DNA of 64,000 bases. Source: Candidatus Bathyarchaeia archaeon (GTDB lineage Archaea; Thermoproteota; Bathyarchaeia; Bathyarchaeales; Bathycorpusculaceae). The stretch spans positions 30,660 through 94,659 of the forward strand of contig JBEKHN010000009.1 in assembly GCA_050012255.1 (NCBI GenBank), read 5' to 3'. The translations under genes and the position numbers were made by a program. Under the pieces are notes generated by a model, which worked only from the letters and a program-made list of their open reading frames with translations, had not been told where the DNA came from and made no database searches. Of the stretch, positions 29,437 through 39,087 are shown one piece after another (position 1 is the stretch's first letter; each line of letters begins with the position of its first letter).

Positions 29437-29733
29437 CTAGAGTTTTACGATTTGAGCGTGTGGCACGCCTTCTATGTTCAACACTGCCTCTGGGTGTACG
29501 AAGCCTCTTTCTATCGCTTTTTTTACGATGTTCTTGCCCACCATGTTAACTATTGTAGACGCTTCAATCAGAGACACTGCCTCTTCAAGAGGTACTCTGG
29601 CGCCCTTGTAGAAGTCTTCCTTAACAGAGAAAACTATCTTTCCTTCATGCAAAGTTTTTCCAAGAATGTCAATGTCACACATGCAGAGAAGCACGTTTCT
29701 GCCGACCTTCTTCAGGTTCATGTAGACTTCCAA
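29437..29733 (-). CDS. DUF424 family protein
   Basis: CDIDILGK, V.EDFYKG, NMVG, IEGVPHAQ. Confidence 0.88.
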   Translation of the reverse strand: MEVYMNLKKVGRNVLLCMCDIDILGKTLHEGKIVFSVKEDFYKGARVPLEEAVSLIEASTIVNMVGKNIVKKAIERGFVHPEAVLNIEGVPHAQIVKL

Positions 29734-29746
29734 TGTTTGAACACTC

Positions 29747-30157
29747 TTACAGCTGCTTGATAGAAGACCTTGCCCCGCATGCTTCGCACACTAGGAAAGA
29801 TAAGCGCTTTTCTTTAACGATTTTCGTGTCCGGACGCTTGCACACGGGACACACGACGAAGGTCTCTAAGTATCTCTGAATGAGTCTCTGAAAAGTGTCC
29901 TCTGAAAACTTGCCCTGGAAAATCACCCTTGACGCCTGCATCGTTGCAGCCGTGGCCATTTCACCCGTCAAGAACTTGAGCAGGTGTTGCGGGTCACGGT
30001 TCAAGGCGTCAGCGACTTCTTTGAAATTGTAAATCACCGTGCGCATGCCTATCCTTGCGTAGCTCAGCCTAGGGAGTTCCAAGCGTTCACGCTTTGAGGC
30101 CACCTCTGGAAACTGGCCTCGTGCTCGCTTAAGCAGTTCGTCATAGTCATATTTCAT
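29747..30157 (-). CDS. eif2b: Translation initiation factor aIF-2 beta
   Basis: YDELLKRA, T.I.NF, R...HLLKFL, CPVC.RPDT..CEACGA; start taken at internal ATG 30157. Confidence 0.95.
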   Translation of the reverse strand: MKYDYDELLKRARGQFPEVASKRERLELPRLSYARIGMRTVIYNFKEVADALNRDPQHLLKFLTGEMATAATMQASRVIFQGKFSEDTFQRLIQRYLETFVVCPVCKRPDTKIVKEKRLSFLVCEACGARSSIKQL

Positions 30158-30450
30158 GGGTGAACTCTCCAACAGAAACAAGACGCAACACACTATTAAA
30201 GACTTTATTCTAAAAAGTCAGATCTCTGTCTCATGTGTGCGAGCTGCAGCTGCTGCAAGGATTTGGAAAATCCTAAAAACAGGCATCAACAAATCACACA
30301 AAGGGGACATGGATGGGCCATGCATATCTGTACATTGGGACGGGCGCTCTCTTTCAGCTCGACTCGCTCCTCACCCTTCAAAGAGCCCATCTTGCGAATA
30401 CTTGAAAAAGCTTAAAGAAGCAACAGCGTTCTACTTTCTAATTCCCAACG

Positions 30451-31860
30451 GTGAAGTTTGTGACCAGACCCAGCCATCCTTACATCCCCAACTCCGTTTC
30501 CGAAACCAAACAGGAAATGATGCGAGAAATAGGCATACGTGACATCACTGAATTGTACAGAGACGTTCCAGAGAAGTACATTCTGAAGAAAAGGCTAAAC
30601 CTTCCAGAGAAGGGCTTGTCTGAGTTCGAAGTCAGAAAGCATGTTGAAGCCTTGCTGTCAAAAAATGATGCAAACAACCGTATGTCAGTTTTCTTAGGTG
30701 CAGGCTGCTGGCCCCATTATGTGCCAGCCGTCGTTCAAGAGATTGTTCAGCGCAGCGAGTTTCTAACGTCCTACACTCCGTACCAGCCTGAAATCTCACA
30801 GGGCATGCTTCAAGCGCTTTTTGAATATCAAAGTATGATCTGTGAACTGACAGGTATGGCCGTTGCTAACTGCTCAATGTACGACTGGGCTTCCGCACTA
30901 GGCGAAGCGGCGCGCATGGCTACAAGGGTCAAGAGGCGCAAGGAGGTGTTGGTTCCGAAGCTTATTCATCCTGAGAGAGCCTCAGCGCTGAAAGTCTACT
31001 CTGACCCAGTAGGAATCAAGATCAGAGAAGTTGCCTATCATACGGAGACGGGGCAGCTGAACCTCGAAGATTTAAAAAGCAAAATCTCAGACGAAACGGC
31101 AGCCGTCTACGTGGAAAACCCGCACTATTTAGGATTCATCGAAACACAGGCTGAGGAGATAAGCCAGGAAGCACACTTGCACAACGCCCTTTTCATAACA
31201 GGGGTCGACCCAACGTCACTTGGATTGTTGAAGCCTCCGGGCGAATATGGGGCAGACATCGTCGTCGGAGAGGCTCAACCCCTGGGGAACGCGATGAACT
31301 TCGGTGGTCCTCTGTTAGGAATAATGGCTTGCCGCGACGACATGACTCTGATAAGACAGATGCCGGGCAGAATAATCGGGCTGACCACAACTCAAGACGA
31401 CAGCAGACAGGGCTTTTGCATGACGATGCAAACTCGCGAGCAGCACATAAGACGGGAGAAAGCCACGTCTAACATCTGCACGAACGGAGCTCTGTGCGCA
31501 GTGGCTTCCGCCGTTTACATGGCTTTGCTCGGACCAGAAGGCCTGCGCGAGCTCGGAGAAACAATAATGTACAAGGCCAACTACGCCATGCGTCTGCTTT
31601 CAAGAATAGGCAACGTCAGAGTCCCCATTTTCAAAGCAGCACACTTCAAAGAGTTCGCAGTTAACTTCGACCAAACAAACCTTACGGTCAATGAGGTCAA
31701 CGGAAGACTTTTGAAGCATCAGATTCAGGGAGGAAAAGACCTGTCAAAAGAGTTCCCCGAGCTGGGTCAGGCAGCATTGTTCTGCGTGACCGAAATCCAC
31801 TCAGAAGAGGAGATTCAACGCCTCGCGAATGCTCTTGAAGAAATAGTGGGCGAGAGATGA
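30451..31860 (+). CDS. gcvPA: Glycine dehydrogenase (decarboxylating) subunit 1
   Basis: FLGAG, TSYTPYQPEISQG, FGGP, TREQHIRREKATSNICTN; start may be GTG 30460. Confidence 0.95.
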   Translation: MKFVTRPSHPYIPNSVSETKQEMMREIGIRDITELYRDVPEKYILKKRLNLPEKGLSEFEVRKHVEALLSKNDANNRMSVFLGAGCWPHYVPAVVQEIVQRSEFLTSYTPYQPEISQGMLQALFEYQSMICELTGMAVANCSMYDWASALGEAARMATRVKRRKEVLVPKLIHPERASALKVYSDPVGIKIREVAYHTETGQLNLEDLKSKISDETAAVYVENPHYLGFIETQAEEISQEAHLHNALFITGVDPTSLGLLKPPGEYGADIVVGEAQPLGNAMNFGGPLLGIMACRDDMTLIRQMPGRIIGLTTTQDDSRQGFCMTMQTREQHIRREKATSNICTNGALCAVASAVYMALLGPEGLRELGETIMYKANYAMRLLSRIGNVRVPIFKAAHFKEFAVNFDQTNLTVNEVNGRLLKHQIQGGKDLSKEFPELGQAALFCVTEIHSEEEIQRLANALEEIVGER

Positions 31861-33401
31861 AAACCATGTACAAACAGGCGAACTGGGATGAGCCGGTTAT
31901 TTTCAACCTCGGAAAGAAGGGACGGAGAGGGCATGTCCTTCCAGCTGTCGAGGACGAAATTAGAGAAGCTGTAGGTGATCTCAACGCGCTTCTACCAAGA
32001 AACATGCAGAGGAAGAGCAAGCTTGCTCTTCCAGAGCTTTCTGAGGTCGAGGTTAACAGGCACTTTTTGCATTTGTCTGAGATGAATTATGGTGTTGACT
32101 CAGGGTTCTATCCTCTCGGAAGCTGCACCATGAAGTACAATCCGAAAATCAACGAGCTGCTGGCAAGTTCGCCCGCGTTAGGAATGATCCACCCGTATCA
32201 GGATGAAAGCACAGTGCAGGGCATGCTGGAGATTCTGTTCAAGCTTGAACGTTGGCTCAGTGAGATAACTGGAACATACGAGGTCTGTTTGCAACCTGCT
32301 GCAGGAGCTCATGGTGAGCTTCTGGGTACGTTGTTGATGCATGCATGCCTAAAATCGAACGGTGAGTGCGAAAAGAGGACAGAATTGATCGTTCCTGACT
32401 CTGCACATGGGACGAACCCTGCAAGCGCGTCAATGGCTGGCTTCAACGTAGTAGTTCTCCCATCAGGTGGTGACGGTTGCATGGATTTGGAGGCTCTCAA
32501 GTCGGTCACCTCGAATAAAACGGCAGGCTTGATGCTTACCAACCCCAACACTCTCGGAATATTCGAAAAGGACATTGAAGAAATAGCCAAAGTTGTCCAT
32601 GACGCGGGGGGCCTTCTTTACTATGACGGGGCAAACCTCAATCCGCTGCTCGGCAAGGTCAGACCAGGTGACATGGGCTTTGATATTGTTCACATCAACA
32701 TCCACAAGACCTTCAGCACACCTCACGGGGGAGGCGGACCCGGAGCAGGCCCGGTCGGTGTGTCGAAAGCCTTGGTTGATTTCTTGCCAGTTCCACGAAT
32801 AGTTTACGACGGAAAGCGGTACCACTTGGACTATGAAAGGCCACGAAGCATTGGAAAGATCAGGAGCTTCTATGGAAACGTCGCAGTCCTGTTTAAGGCT
32901 TATGTCTACGTGCTTAGCATGGGTTCTGAAGGACTGAAGGAAGCAGCCGAAGTCTCGACATTGAACGCTAATTACTTGATGAAGAAGCTCAGTCGGATCA
33001 AAGGCATGGCTCTCCCTTACGACGCCGAAAAGCTGAGAAAGCATGAATGCGTCCTCAGCGCCAAGCCTTTGAAGGACGACACTGGCGTTTCAGCTTTAAA
33101 CATAGCAAAGCGCTTGCTTGACTACGGTCTGCACGCGCCGACGGTCTATTTTCCCCTCATTGTGGATGAGGCGTTAATGATTGAACCAACGGAAACCTTC
33201 GAGAAGGAGGAAATAGACCGGTTCGCTGACACGATGCAAAAAATCTGCGAAGAGGCGTATGCACGCCCTGATGTCATCCTGAAGGCGCCGCACAACACGG
33301 CTGTCTCGCGTCTAGATGAAGTTAAGGCGTCCCATCCTAACACCATGGCTTTGAGCTGGCGCATGCACTTGACAAAGCAAAGGACAAAAATAACGAGTTA
33401 A
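31857..33401 (+). CDS. gcvPB: Glycine dehydrogenase (decarboxylating) subunit 2
   Basis: PLGSCTMKYNP, SAHGTNPAS, HKTFSTPHGGGGPG (PLP Lys), MIEPTE. Confidence 0.96.
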   Translation: MKTMYKQANWDEPVIFNLGKKGRRGHVLPAVEDEIREAVGDLNALLPRNMQRKSKLALPELSEVEVNRHFLHLSEMNYGVDSGFYPLGSCTMKYNPKINELLASSPALGMIHPYQDESTVQGMLEILFKLERWLSEITGTYEVCLQPAAGAHGELLGTLLMHACLKSNGECEKRTELIVPDSAHGTNPASASMAGFNVVVLPSGGDGCMDLEALKSVTSNKTAGLMLTNPNTLGIFEKDIEEIAKVVHDAGGLLYYDGANLNPLLGKVRPGDMGFDIVHINIHKTFSTPHGGGGPGAGPVGVSKALVDFLPVPRIVYDGKRYHLDYERPRSIGKIRSFYGNVAVLFKAYVYVLSMGSEGLKEAAEVSTLNANYLMKKLSRIKGMALPYDAEKLRKHECVLSAKPLKDDTGVSALNIAKRLLDYGLHAPTVYFPLIVDEALMIEPTETFEKEEIDRFADTMQKICEEAYARPDVILKAPHNTAVSRLDEVKASHPNTMALSWRMHLTKQRTKITS

Positions 33402-33464
33402 TGCAACACGTATATATGACGGCTCATTGCTGATCGGTACCAAAACAAACGGAAGTGCAAGAGT

Positions 33465-33761
33465 TTGACGGAGTTGGAGGAAAAGGTCCGTGAGGCCGTA
33501 GGCCAGGTTGTGGACCCAGAAACCGGCATGTCGTTTGCAGAGATGCAGATGATAACCAACGTCAAAGAAGAGGAAGCTGGCGTCGTAATGGTCGAGTTCG
33601 TTCCCTCAAGCCCGTTCTGCCCAATAGCCTTCAAGCTTGCAAGTGACATCAAGAATGCTGCGCTCAACGTGTCCGGAGTCAAGAAGGCACTGATCTACTG
33701 CCGCGGTCACACGATGGAACAGCAGATAAACGACATGACCAACAAAGAACAGCAAAAATAG
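33465..33761 (+). CDS. Fe-S cluster assembly protein, DUF59/MIP18 family
   Basis: VVDPETG, PSSPFCP. Confidence 0.85.
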   Translation: MTELEEKVREAVGQVVDPETGMSFAEMQMITNVKEEEAGVVMVEFVPSSPFCPIAFKLASDIKNAALNVSGVKKALIYCRGHTMEQQINDMTNKEQQK

Positions 33762-33912
33762 ACAACATTCGTCCTGTCAGTCACTTTTATCGCTGAACAG
33801 GTAGAATTCTCTACTTTTTCAAGGCATGGTTCACGAATGACCTTCACTAAGCCGGCACGTTCACAAGACCGTTTAAATATACAAGTTGTGTCCCCCTCAA
33901 TACTGAAAATGA

Positions 33913-34824
33913 TTGGTGACCCTTGTGTCGGACGGCCCTCAAGAAATCTGCTGCCGCGTGTGCGGCGCCCATGAAATCTACTGTTGCGGTTCCCATGTCC
34001 GCATCTTAGAAGAGGGTGTAACAGCTTTGACAGAACCCCTTGTCAAGTCATGCCCCTTGCATGAAATTCTCCACGGAACAAAAAAGGTCGACGCAAAAAC
34101 GGTGCAAAATAGTGTGGGCAAGAAGATTCAAGACTTTGGCTTCTGCTGCAGAGACCGTTGTTTTGATCCTGATCCACAGGTCGCCTATGGAGCCTCTGAG
34201 ATGATGAACGTGTGGCTCGAGAGAGGGTTTATTGATTGTGCCGTTGTTGTTTGTGAAGGGGCGGGCACGGTCCTGACGTCCAACGGTAAGCTCGTACAGG
34301 GTATTGGTGCGCGTTTGACGGGGATCATCAAGACTTCGCCCATTCTCGGGACGATTGAACACGTTGAGCACTGCGGCGGAGTCGTTCTCGACAAAACTGT
34401 TGCACGGATTGATCAAGTTGCAGGAGTCAAACGCGCTTTCAGCTTGGGCTTCAAGCATATTGCCGTCAGCATCGCGGGTTTTCAAGCCAGAGCCATAAAT
34501 GGAATCCGCAATTTCGAGAAGAGTAGCAAGGCAGATGTCTTGGTCTTCTCAGTGTGCAACACCCGCGTCAGCAAGGCAGATGTGAAACATGTAGCAAAGG
34601 CGGATGTTGTTTGTGCAAGTGCTTCGACAATACTTCGAAAAGAAATCGGCCCCAACGCCCTTCTTCAAGTGGGCGTCACCATCCCAGTTTACGCGCTAAC
34701 CCAGAGAGGCAAGGACCTCGTTCTAGCCTATCTAAGCGTCTTCAAGGACAAGCTGGTCGCATTCAGGACAACTCAGCTACCGTATGAAGTAAGAGGCAAA
34801 GGTCCGAAACTCAAGAGTTCTTAA
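33913..34824 (+). CDS. DUF2099 family protein (methanogenesis marker 8-like)
   Basis: CPL, FGFC, YGASE, CAVVVCEGAGTV, VQGIGARLTG, ARIDQ..GV, CAS; start uncertain. Confidence 0.8.
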   Translation: MVTLVSDGPQEICCRVCGAHEIYCCGSHVRILEEGVTALTEPLVKSCPLHEILHGTKKVDAKTVQNSVGKKIQDFGFCCRDRCFDPDPQVAYGASEMMNVWLERGFIDCAVVVCEGAGTVLTSNGKLVQGIGARLTGIIKTSPILGTIEHVEHCGGVVLDKTVARIDQVAGVKRAFSLGFKHIAVSIAGFQARAINGIRNFEKSSKADVLVFSVCNTRVSKADVKHVAKADVVCASASTILRKEIGPNALLQVGVTIPVYALTQRGKDLVLAYLSVFKDKLVAFRTTQLPYEVRGKGPKLKSS

Positions 34825-34909
34825 CCGACTACCAAAGTTCAGTACGCGTTGCTAAAGCCTTTTCGATCTTGGAGCTTTCTGGGTGCAGTTGGGGAAAATC
34901 AGTGAATCT

Positions 34910-34927
34910 GTTGGTGCTTTTGTATAC
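34910..34927 (+). repeat. Dispersed 18-bp motif, copy 4 (17/18 match)
   Basis: GTTGGTGCTTTTGTATAC, followed by AGA as in copy 3. Confidence 0.75.
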
Positions 34928-35034
34928 AGACTATGGGATTAGCTTTCAGAATAGACAATTGTACCGACCAAAAGCCTTAAGTATGGTTATTTTGTTATGG
35001 TTGAATCGTCGAAAAAATAGGATGTTGAAAGAGC

Positions 35035-35532
35035 TTGGCAGTTGAAGGTTTTACAGGAGCTAGACAACCCGTAGACGCGAAAGTGGGCGAATTAAACCCC
35101 TCTTCCAGAGCCGTTAACGTGCTGGCAAAGCTCTTGTCTAAGAGCGAAGTCAGAAACGTTGCCGCCGGAAGAGACGGAGAGCCGCACAAAGTGAGCGACG
35201 CACTGGTCGGAGACGAGACAGGATGCATATACCTAACACTCTGGGATGACAACATCGAGAAAGTGAAAGACGGAGACACAATTAACGTCAAGAACGGTTA
35301 CATAAACCTGTTCAGAGGCAACATGCGCCTGAACGTCGGAAGATACGGCACGTTGGAAATCGCAGAACAAGCCATTGCGGGCGAAGTAAACACTGAAAAG
35401 AACATGTCAACCCAAGTGTACGAACAGCCGAGAAGGCCGTTCGGAGGAGGAGACAGAAGAGACTTCGGCGGCGGCAGACGCGATTTCGGCGGACGAGACA
35501 GAAGAGGCGGCTACCGACAAAGACGCTACTAG
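35035..35532 (+). CDS. ssb: Single-stranded DNA-binding protein (single OB fold, Gly/Arg tail)
   Basis: VGDETG.I.LTLW, NGY...FRG.M.LNVGRYG. Confidence 0.92.
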   Translation: MAVEGFTGARQPVDAKVGELNPSSRAVNVLAKLLSKSEVRNVAAGRDGEPHKVSDALVGDETGCIYLTLWDDNIEKVKDGDTINVKNGYINLFRGNMRLNVGRYGTLEIAEQAIAGEVNTEKNMSTQVYEQPRRPFGGGDRRDFGGGRRDFGGRDRRGGYRQRRY

Positions 35533-35791
35533 ACGGGACTCACGATTTAGACATCCTCCACCATTTTCTTTTGCTGAAAGAACAAGCCTGCGTGTTCGCC
35601 CGCAAATACGACTTTTGAATCGGACGGGACTGTGGCAAAGTTAGTCCAAACGCTAATTAATAAAAAAGAGTTTTCTACATTCCAAAGAATGAAGACTATC
35701 GGTCTGTCCACGTAGCTTCTCGTGAAGTCCACCGCAATCTTTAAAGCTTTTACGGGAAGACAACAACATTCCATCAGAGGAGAAGGTAGAG

Positions 35792-37177
35792 ATGTCTAAA
35801 ACAAAAGGCAGAGAAGCGAAACCGACAGTGGAAGAACTGTTGGCAAAAGCGAAAAAACCGTCAATGCTAGCTCCGCCACTGCACAGGTTCTACGAAGGGA
35901 AAGTGCAGATTATGCCCAAGTGCGCCGTGGTAAGCCCGAACGATTTTGCCATATGGTACACGCCGGGCGTAGCCGCTGTGTGCAGGGAGATCCAGGCGGA
36001 CCGAGACAAGTCTTTCGAGCTCACGAACCGTTGGAACTACACGGCCGTCGTGTCGGATGGAACCCGCGTGCTAGGACTGGGCGACATAGGTCCAGAAGCT
36101 GGATTGCCGGTGATGGAAGGAAAAGCCCTGCTTTTCAAGTACCTAGGCGGGGTGGACGCCTTTCCGATCTGTCTCAGGACGAAGGACCCTGAGGAAATAA
36201 TCAGGACGTGTGAGCTTATTGAACCGACGTTTGGCGGCATAAACCTAGAAGACATAGAGAAGCCGAAGTGTTTCCACGTTCTTGAGAAGGCAAGAGAACG
36301 GCTGCAAATCCCCGTTTGGCATGACGACCAGCAGGGAACGGCGACGGTGATCCTAGCAGGCTTGATGAACGCGTTCAAGATTGTCGGGAAGGATCCGAAG
36401 AAGACCTTGATAACTCTGGTAGGTGCGGGTGCGGCGAACTTGCGGACCGCATTCGTTCTGATAAGGTGGGGAATAAAGCCTGGAAACATCATGCTCGTCG
36501 ACACGAAAGGTCTACTGTACCCGGGCAGGAAAGACGTGGTCAAGAGTGAAGACCCGTGGAAGTACGAGTTGGCGCAGAAGACAAACGCGGAACACAGGAC
36601 AGGCAGCATAGAGGAAGCCTTCAAGGGTGCTGATGCCGTTGTAGCCGCGTCAAAGCCAGGGCCAGACACGATTAAGAAAGAGTGGATAAAGACCATGGCT
36701 GACAATTCGGTAGTCTTTGCGTGCGCAAACCCAGTACCCGAAATATGGCCCTGGGAAGCTGAAGAGGCGGGAGCCCGAATCGTGGCAACAGGAAGAAGCG
36801 ACTTTCCTAACCAAGTCAACAACAGCCTAGGATTTCCAGGGATATTCCGAGGCGTGCTCGATGTCAGGGCAAAAACCGTCACGGATGACATGTGCATCGC
36901 TGCAGCCCAAGAGCTTGCTAGGTTCGCTGAAGAACGCGGAATGCATGAAAAAGACATTCTTCCAAGGATGGAGGAGTGGGAAGTCTTCCCACGCGAAGCA
37001 GTAGCCTGCGCGCTGAAATCCATAGACGAGGGAGTGGCAAGAATTAAACCAAGCAGGAAAGAGCTCTACGACAGAGCTGTTGGGATAATCCAGAATGCTC
37101 GCGAATCGCTCAGAGCACTCATGAAACAGGGCCTAATCAAGCCGATGCCGCCGGAAGAAAAGCTGCTCGGCAAGTAA
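35792..37177 (+). CDS. mae: NAD(P)-dependent malic enzyme
   Basis: YTPGVA, PVMEGKA, GGINLEDI, HDDQQGTA, ANPVPEI, TGRSDFPNQVNN. Confidence 0.95.
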   Translation: MSKTKGREAKPTVEELLAKAKKPSMLAPPLHRFYEGKVQIMPKCAVVSPNDFAIWYTPGVAAVCREIQADRDKSFELTNRWNYTAVVSDGTRVLGLGDIGPEAGLPVMEGKALLFKYLGGVDAFPICLRTKDPEEIIRTCELIEPTFGGINLEDIEKPKCFHVLEKARERLQIPVWHDDQQGTATVILAGLMNAFKIVGKDPKKTLITLVGAGAANLRTAFVLIRWGIKPGNIMLVDTKGLLYPGRKDVVKSEDPWKYELAQKTNAEHRTGSIEEAFKGADAVVAASKPGPDTIKKEWIKTMADNSVVFACANPVPEIWPWEAEEAGARIVATGRSDFPNQVNNSLGFPGIFRGVLDVRAKTVTDDMCIAAAQELARFAEERGMHEKDILPRMEEWEVFPREAVACALKSIDEGVARIKPSRKELYDRAVGIIQNARESLRALMKQGLIKPMPPEEKLLGK

Positions 37178-37290
37178 ACCTTCGCACGAAGGATAATCAT
37201 AAACAAGCCTAAATTCTCCCTTTTTTACACGATGAATGTAGAAAATTATTTAAACACTTCCATAGAAGATAGATAGCTGGAGAAAACTAC

Positions 37291-37791
37291 ATGCGCTCAG
37301 ACTATGCATTATACGCGGTTGCAATAATATGCTTCATCATCTCCGGTGTTTCGGCGGCTTACACAGCCAGCTTGTGGACAGTAACACCCGTCGTCTTCGG
37401 ATTTGTCTTCATCGGATTGGGCTACACACTGAGACCGAAACGGGCAGTCACAACACAAATAGCGGTTGCTCCACCCCCACCCTCCGTAGTTGCAGCACCG
37501 ACGCCAAAGGTCACGGAAGTCGTGGAAGAGAAGAAGCCTGTGGAAACAAGGCCTGAACCTGTTGTTCAAGCTGAACCTGTGGTCGAAGTCAAACCTCCGT
37601 CAGCAGGATTGTTGGAGGTCAAGGGGATCGGAGAGAAACGAGCAGAGCAATTGAGGACCCTAGGCGTAAGCACGGTTGAAGACTTGGCAACAGCCTCAGC
37701 AAAAGACTTGGCCACGAAACTCAAAATCTCGCCCAAGATCACCGGTAAATGGATCGAAAACGCTAAGGGAATCGTTGGAAAGCCCCGTTAA
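37291..37791 (+). CDS. Membrane-anchored helix-hairpin-helix domain protein
   Basis: Two N-terminal TM, Pro/Glu/Val linker, VKGIGEKRAEQL..LGV.TVEDLA HhH. Confidence 0.8.
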   Translation: MRSDYALYAVAIICFIISGVSAAYTASLWTVTPVVFGFVFIGLGYTLRPKRAVTTQIAVAPPPPSVVAAPTPKVTEVVEEKKPVETRPEPVVQAEPVVEVKPPSAGLLEVKGIGEKRAEQLRTLGVSTVEDLATASAKDLATKLKISPKITGKWIENAKGIVGKPR

Positions 37792-37814
37792 GGCTTCAGC
37801 GAAACCTCTCAAGC

Positions 37815-38099
37815 TCAAATCATCGATATTCTTACTATATTCCTTCTCTCTAGCCTCTTCAAAGCGTCCAAGAACTCGCTCTTCTTCTTACCACTTAACC
37901 TGAAGCTTTGAATCATCTCCATGATGGGCATTCCGGCTTTTCCCAAACCTGCACGCCTCCTGCAGAGGTTCTTCACTATCAGCCGCTCAAGCTTTCCGCA
38001 TCTCCAAGTCGTGTTCCGAATGAGGATCACGATTGCCTTGACAATGTTTCGCCCATCACCGTTCTCTTTTGCAGGCAAAGTTTCCCACGACACTTTCAT
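37815..38099 (-). CDS. Small basic hypothetical protein, possibly wHTH
   Basis: 94 aa from ATG 38099, filling the gap between two plus-strand genes; FLDALKRLERRNIV ending. Confidence 0.5.
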   Translation of the reverse strand: MKVSWETLPAKENGDGRNIVKAIVILIRNTTWRCGKLERLIVKNLCRRRAGLGKAGMPIMEMIQSFRLSGKKKSEFLDALKRLERRNIVRISMI

Positions 38100-38183
38100 G
38101 ATATACGAACGAAACGCTTTTAGAGTTTGTGTTTCAGAATCTAAGGGCATTGATAGCACGTAGAATGATGGGGCGATTGTCTC

Positions 38184-38606
38184 TTGCAAGGACATTGTGG
38201 AAAGCTCTTCTTCTCGCGTCTGCAAGAAGATGACGACGTGGCTGAATCTATTAGGAAAAATGCAGATGAGAGTGGCGTGAAGGCCGGAATCTTCATGCTT
38301 ATCGGAGCCTTGAAGTGCGCGGTTCTCGGATGTTACAAGGAAGGAGGGTACGTAACTACAAGGTTGGATGGTCCTCTGGAGGTGGCTCCGTGTATGGGTA
38401 ACGTAGCTGTTGATGAAAAAGGCGAAACAATAGTCCACGCGCACATCGTTGTTTCAAACGAAAAGGGTGAAGCCTATGGCGGCCACTTGATGAAAGGTTG
38501 TCACGTTGGCCCGACAGCAGAACTGGTCGTGGTCGAAGCCGCCGGCGTGCATTTGCAGAGAAAGTATGATGAAAAAACGAAGCTGAAACTCCTAAAGCTA
38601 GGCTAG
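38184..38606 (+). CDS. PPC/DUF296 domain protein
   Basis: IGAL, GNV, HAHIVV, GGHL, TAELVV. Confidence 0.9.
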   Translation: MQGHCGKLFFSRLQEDDDVAESIRKNADESGVKAGIFMLIGALKCAVLGCYKEGGYVTTRLDGPLEVAPCMGNVAVDEKGETIVHAHIVVSNEKGEAYGGHLMKGCHVGPTAELVVVEAAGVHLQRKYDEKTKLKLLKLG

Positions 38607-39050
38607 AACCTTCTTAAAGTATATGCCGTTCGCGTTGCCATAATAGTTCCTGAGTTCACCGATCTTTTCGTAGCCCAACTTTCTGTAAAGGTTGATAGCC
38701 GCGACGTTGTCTTCCCTGACCTCAAGGTGAGAAGCCTTAACGCCTTTCTCCTTAAAGATTCGCTCCATCTCTTGGAGGAGCATCTGACCGATGCCTCTTC
38801 GACGGTACGCTGGCGACACGTCTATGGTCAGTATGTGTGCATACAAAGCTTTCCTGTCAACGTACATCATGCCTATGACGAAGCCTGCGATTATTCCACC
38901 CACTCTTGCGACCAAGTTCACACAGTTGTATTCCTTGAGCAACTGAAGGATCTGCTCCCTGGTGAAGGCCTCGGCTCTGAAGCATTCGGTTTCGATTTCA
39001 CAGAGTCTGTCAAGGTGTCTAGTCAGGGCGTCTTCTATTACCGCTGTCAT
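38598..39050 (-). CDS. rimI: RimI-like N-acetyltransferase
   Basis: IETECF, YRRRGIG, LEVREDN..AINLYRKLGY, NYY. Confidence 0.88.
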   Translation of the reverse strand: MTAVIEDALTRHLDRLCEIETECFRAEAFTREQILQLLKEYNCVNLVARVGGIIAGFVIGMMYVDRKALYAHILTIDVSPAYRRRGIGQMLLQEMERIFKEKGVKASHLEVREDNVAAINLYRKLGYEKIGELRNYYGNANGIYFKKVLA

Positions 39051-39087
39051 GGCTTAACATCTTTCAAAGAGTATTCCAAGGTTAAAT

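Noticed and set aside
36037-37023. Long antisense ORFs (also 61004-61744, 45807-46493, 25974-26690)
   Set aside because: Shadow frames of well-supported genes on the opposite strand
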